The position numbers and the translations under genes are program-made. 64,000 bases of DNA. Origin: Clostridia bacterium (lineage in GTDB: Bacteria; Bacillota; Clostridia; UBA1212; DUPL01). The notes beneath the pieces were generated by a model, which made no database searches, was not told the DNA's origin, and saw only the letters and a program-made list of their open reading frames with translations. Positions 60,058 through 64,000 of the stretch are shown piece after piece (the first letter of the stretch is position 1; every line of letters starts with the position of its first letter). The stretch covers positions 256,001 to 320,000 of the forward strand of contig JBMNIW010000003.1 in NCBI GenBank assembly GCA_050951325.1, read 5' to 3'.

Positions 60058-62304
60058 TTAAGCCGTCTCAATATCTTCATTAAGCAGCTTTATTTCAACT
60101 ACTGACCCAATTTCAACCTGCTTTCCAGGCTCAATGCTCTGCGATACAACAGTACCAAGGCTTGAAGCTCTCATGTTAAGACCCCTTTCCTTCAACGCAC
60201 TGTACGCCTCCTCAAGAGTAAGACCCATAAGATCTGGTACTGTAATCTTTTCCTTTACAGACTCTTTCTCGGTGTATATGACCACCATTGAATCCTTTGA
60301 CACCAGAGCTCCAGGTCTAGGCATCTGCTCATAGATTCTGGCATCGGGATCAGTATAGTCCCCTACTATTCTATACGAAAGATTGTTCTTTTTCAACTCG
60401 TCAATAGCTTCAGATAATGTCAATTCTGAAAGATCGGGCACCTTGTACTTCACAAGCATCTTATCCTTGTCAAGCTCGGTGTATCTTCTTTCAACTTCCA
60501 TGTACTCCAGTATCTTCTCAATAAGTTCTCGTGCCACAGGCGCTGCCTGTCTTCCTCCTGATGTAACCCCAACGGTTGGATGGTCCAGTACGATTAGTAT
60601 CACTATTTGCGGGTTGTCTGCAGGAGCAATACCACAGAATGAAGCCACATATCTGCCTGTTGTATCGGTTTCAGGAGTCTGTGATGTACCGGTCTTTCCT
60701 GCCACACGGTATCCTGTTACGTATGCATTGCTTCCTCCGCCAGAAGCAACAGTTTCTTCCAGCATGGAAAGAAGAGTATTGGCAGTCTCTTTGCTCAAAA
60801 CCTGCCTTACTACCTTTGTATCGTATCTCATGACCACGTTGCCATGCTCGTCGGTTAGTTCCTTCACTATTCTTGGAGTCAAAAGATTTCCACCATTTGC
60901 TATGGCACTGTAAGCTGTGATTAGCTGAATCGGAGTAATCTGCAGTCTCTGACCAAAAGCCGCAACCGCCATATCAATTTCCTTGGGATCCTTATGTATG
61001 ATGCTGTCTGCTTCACCGGTAAGCCCCAGTCCTGTTTTTCTTGTAAAGCCAAAAGCATCCAGATATGAATAAAACTTTTTAATACCAAGCTTTAGGGAAA
61101 GCTTAGCAAATACAGGGTTGCAGGAATTCTTGATGGCTTCAAGAAAGGTCTCGTTTCCGTGGTCGTAAGTTTTCCTCCAGCATCTTATGGTCCAGCCAGA
61201 CAGCTTCAATGGAGCGTCATTGACAATTGTGCTGGGATTTGCTATTCCCTCCTCCAATACTGCAGCAGAGGTAATGGCCTTGAACGTCGAACCCGGCTCA
61301 TAGGTATCTGTTAGGGCCTTGTTCCGCCAAACAGTAGTGCTTAGTATTTGTACGGATTCGGAAGAGTTTCCGGTCCAAGATGATGGATCCATGTCCGGAG
61401 GACATGCGTAAGGGTCATTTAGATTGAAAGTTGGCCAGGATGCCATTGCAAGGATGTCTCCGTTATTCGGATTCATTACAATACCTGCAGCACCGCCGAT
61501 TACCCCTTGGTCTATAACGGCTTTCTGCAAAGCCTGCTCCACCATGTATTGTATTGTTATATCTATTGTAAGGGTGGCATTATATCCGTTTACCGGCTCT
61601 ATTCTTCTTTCAGCATCAAAGGGCAGTTCTACACCTTTTGCATCCACTTCCGTTACAATCCTTCCTGCTTTGCCTGCCAGCATTTTGTCAAGAGCAACCT
61701 CCACACCACATACAAGCCCCTGGTCATCACGACCTGTAAAGCCTAAAATGTGGGCGGCAATGGAGTTGTTTGGATAGTATCTCCTAACATCCTCGTCCAC
61801 ATGTACGCCTTTTATCTTGTTCTTCTTTATCCATCCCTCCACCTGTTCGCCTACTTCAACATCTATCTTTCTTGCAATTTCCTTGTACCTCCCTACGGAC
61901 TGAACTTTCTCTAGCACAGTCTCGTAATTTAAATCAAGAATATCCGCAAGGGCTCTTGCCACTAGTTCCTGATATGCTTTGACATCTCCTCGCGCTTCAC
62001 CTTCCTTGATAATTGTCTGCTGGTTGACAGAAACCTGTCTTGCATTAACACTTATCGCCAGAATATTCCCGTTTCTGTCGAATATCGTGCCGCGGTTTGC
62101 AGGTATTATTCTACCGTTGTTTTGCTGTAGATAAGCCCTCTTTTGATACTCTTCACCTCTTACGAATTGTATCCATGCAATGCGCAAAAGAAGGCCAAAT
62201 ATTATAATGATAAAAATAACAACAAGAGCAGCACTTCTATTGCCTGCTCTTATCTTCATCAGAGTTTCATTTGATTTCTTATTATTCTTATTAAAAAAAG
62301 ACAT
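60058..62304 (-). CDS. class B penicillin-binding protein with two PASTA domains (FtsI/SpoVD-like)
   Basis: RG.I.DRNG, STFK, SCN, KTG, VPDL PASTA repeats. Confidence 0.93.
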   Translation of the reverse strand: MSFFNKNNKKSNETLMKIRAGNRSAALVVIFIIIIFGLLLRIAWIQFVRGEEYQKRAYLQQNNGRIIPANRGTIFDRNGNILAISVNARQVSVNQQTIIKEGEARGDVKAYQELVARALADILDLNYETVLEKVQSVGRYKEIARKIDVEVGEQVEGWIKKNKIKGVHVDEDVRRYYPNNSIAAHILGFTGRDDQGLVCGVEVALDKMLAGKAGRIVTEVDAKGVELPFDAERRIEPVNGYNATLTIDITIQYMVEQALQKAVIDQGVIGGAAGIVMNPNNGDILAMASWPTFNLNDPYACPPDMDPSSWTGNSSESVQILSTTVWRNKALTDTYEPGSTFKAITSAAVLEEGIANPSTIVNDAPLKLSGWTIRCWRKTYDHGNETFLEAIKNSCNPVFAKLSLKLGIKKFYSYLDAFGFTRKTGLGLTGEADSIIHKDPKEIDMAVAAFGQRLQITPIQLITAYSAIANGGNLLTPRIVKELTDEHGNVVMRYDTKVVRQVLSKETANTLLSMLEETVASGGGSNAYVTGYRVAGKTGTSQTPETDTTGRYVASFCGIAPADNPQIVILIVLDHPTVGVTSGGRQAAPVARELIEKILEYMEVERRYTELDKDKMLVKYKVPDLSELTLSEAIDELKKNNLSYRIVGDYTDPDARIYEQMPRPGALVSKDSMVVIYTEKESVKEKITVPDLMGLTLEEAYSALKERGLNMRASSLGTVVSQSIEPGKQVEIGSVVEIKLLNEDIETA

Positions 62305-62360
62305 TTTGCATCCTCCCAGAAAGGTACATGTGTGTACATCCTATAAATATGCCTGACTTG

Positions 62361-62894
62361 TCAACATATACCTAAAAACGCTTTAATTTCATCAAGCACA
62401 TTTTTATACCAGGGGGTGTTGTTTTCATCTTTGGTAAATTTCATCTCATGAATTTCCGTTTGATCCGTAGGAACAACATTTATTCTCACTATCTGATAAC
62501 TCTGGGGTTTTTGCATCCCCAACTCGTTGATTGCAATCTCACTAATTTCAGCCAGGTTCATCTGTCTTGCAATATTCGTTTCAAGTCTTGAGTTTTCCGC
62601 CTTGATTTCATCCAACTGGTTTTGCATTGCATTGACCTTGTAACCCAGTTCAGTTATGGATGCATATCTGAATGCAATTATCAGTCCAAGAATAATAATT
62701 ATTGAGACTTTAATAACAAGGTTCGCCTTTACCTTTGCATTGTTTCTCTTTATCTTAAGTTCTCTGAGCACGGCAAACTCAGGCGACTGCTCTATTCTCT
62801 CTTCATAATCGTAATCGAAATCGTAGCCGTAATCATAAGCATGGTCGTAATCATAATCTTCGGTATGTAGCTCCCTTGCTCCAGCACTGTTCAT
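62361..62894 (-). CDS. ftsL: cell division protein FtsL-like
   Basis: TM helix, coiled coil EN.RL, A...LGM..P; position between rsmH and the PBP. Confidence 0.8.
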   Translation of the reverse strand: MNSAGARELHTEDYDYDHAYDYGYDFDYDYEERIEQSPEFAVLRELKIKRNNAKVKANLVIKVSIIIILGLIIAFRYASITELGYKVNAMQNQLDEIKAENSRLETNIARQMNLAEISEIAINELGMQKPQSYQIVRINVVPTDQTEIHEMKFTKDENNTPWYKNVLDEIKAFLGIC

Positions 62895-62921
62895 AGCAAG
62901 TACCTCCGCTTTTTAAGCTTG

Positions 62922-63134
62922 TCTTTGGTAGAAATAATTTTAATAATTCATCTTTTGTATTTTTTGTTTAATTTTCTTTTGTACATTTGCTTTTTTTCTT
63001 TTGTAAATCAAGACTTCTTCTTTGGTAAAACTGAAATTTTCTTTTGTAAAACTGTAATTATCTTTTGTAAACTGTTGGTTTTCTTTTGTATGTCTGTAAG
63101 TTTCTTTCGTAAGGTTTAAAAGTTTTTCTTTTGT
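62922..63134 (-). repeat. array of ten ACNAAAGA motifs at 21-29 bp spacing
   Basis: Plus-strand TCTTTNGT starts at 62922, 62951, 62975, 62997, 63019, 63040, 63061, 63082, 63103, 63127. Confidence 0.85.
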
Positions 63135-63144
63135 CATTGTTCAT

Positions 63145-64000
63145 CTAGTTTGATTGAAATACTCTTAACTTGGCACTTTTGGCCCTTGGATTTCTCTCCA
63201 TTTCCTCCTGGGAAGGAAGTATTGGTTTTTTTGTTACCGCCTTTCCCTTTGGTTTCTTTCCACATACACAAATCGGAAAATCCGGAGGGCATGTGCAAGG
63301 GTTTTCAAAATTATTGAACTTTGTCTTTACAATTCTATCCTCCAAGGAATGGAAAGTAATTATGCAAAGTCTTCCGAATGGTGCTAGCATTTCAATGGCA
63401 TCTTCAATTGCTTTTTCAAGCACTTCCAGCTCCTTATTTACTTCAATCCTGATTGCTTGGAAGGTCTGTTTTGCAGGATGACCATCCATTCTCTGCTTTT
63501 TGGGAATCGCCTCTTTTATAACCTCCACCAGTTCAAAGGTAGTTTCAATAGGTTTTATCTTTCGTCTTTCTACAATCTTTCCCGTAATCCTTGATGCAAA
63601 CCTTTCTTCCCCATACTCCTTTATAATTCTCCTGAGCTCCGCCTCTTCGTAGCCGTTTACCACATCGTAGGCCGTCAATTCAGAATCGGCATCCATTCTC
63701 ATATCCAGTTTGGAGTCGAACCTGTAACTGAACCCTCTCTCAGGAGTATCAAACTGGTGTGAAGAAACCCCCAGATCAAACAGTATGCCATCCACCTTGG
63801 AAACTCCTAATGAATTGCAAACAGATATTAAATTTACAAAGTTCGTTTTTAAGAGTATTACGTTTTTGGCTCCTTCAAGTTTCTTCCCCGCCGCCTCGAT
63901 TGCTTTTTCATCCTGGTCAAGGCATATAAGCAATCCTTTTTCACTTAGCAACTCAAGTATTTTTTTACTATGGCCTGCACCACCCACTGTACCGTCCACA
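63145..64000 (-). CDS. rsmH: 16S rRNA m4C1402 methyltransferase (5' end outside window)
   Basis: D.T.G.AGH, DLGVSS, RGFS, LDMRM, FQAIRI.VN, FHSLED, NPR..SAKLR. Confidence 0.97.
   Translation of the reverse strand, partial: VDGTVGGAGHSKKILELLSEKGLLICLDQDEKAIEAAGKKLEGAKNVILLKTNFVNLISVCNSLGVSKVDGILFDLGVSSHQFDTPERGFSYRFDSKLDMRMDADSELTAYDVVNGYEEAELRRIIKEYGEERFASRITGKIVERRKIKPIETTFELVEVIKEAIPKKQRMDGHPAKQTFQAIRIEVNKELEVLEKAIEDAIEMLAPFGRLCIITFHSLEDRIVKTKFNNFENPCTCPPDFPICVCGKKPKGKAVTKKPILPSQEEMERNPRAKSAKLRVFQSN

Noticed and set aside
62922-63134. CRISPR array
   Set aside because: Repeat is only 8 bp with 13-21 bp spacers and there are no cas genes.

Overview
Chromosomal window from a spore-forming Clostridia-type (Bacillota) bacterium, with most genes on the minus strand. 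The core part (17-64 kb) carries proS with a Pro T-box, ppdK, glyQS, rpoZ/gmk/remA/yicC, rsmE, coaD/rsmD, recG, rpmB plus an unlisted spoVM, nth, htrA with a two-component system, ychF, coaE/polA and part of the dcw cluster (rsmH-ftsL-PBP-murE-murF-mraY-ftsW). Four things stand out. (1) Right after tRNA-Gly/tRNA-Arg, a decayed accessory island (about 1.0-5.1 kb) is bracketed by two copies of a unit made of an orphan rlmD/rumA-like 3' tail (DMFPxT.HVETV) plus a conserved structured non-coding block; this looks like a cassette or att-site array with no recombinase in the window. (2) A serine-palmitoyltransferase-like gene coupled to an SDR suggests sphingolipid synthesis in a Firmicute. (3) An intact IS200/IS605 element (tnpA+tnpB, ends mapped) sits in a DUF4091-like gene together with an apparent deletion of the host gene's C-terminal domain. 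(4) A phased array of ten ACNAAAGA motifs lies between rsmH and ftsL. Also present: a decaying minor-pilin cluster, a TnrB2B3/NarAB-like exporter, split methionine-synthase modules and an inverted murA remnant. No CRISPR array, rRNA or integrase was seen. All family calls come from motif recognition by eye, not database searches.
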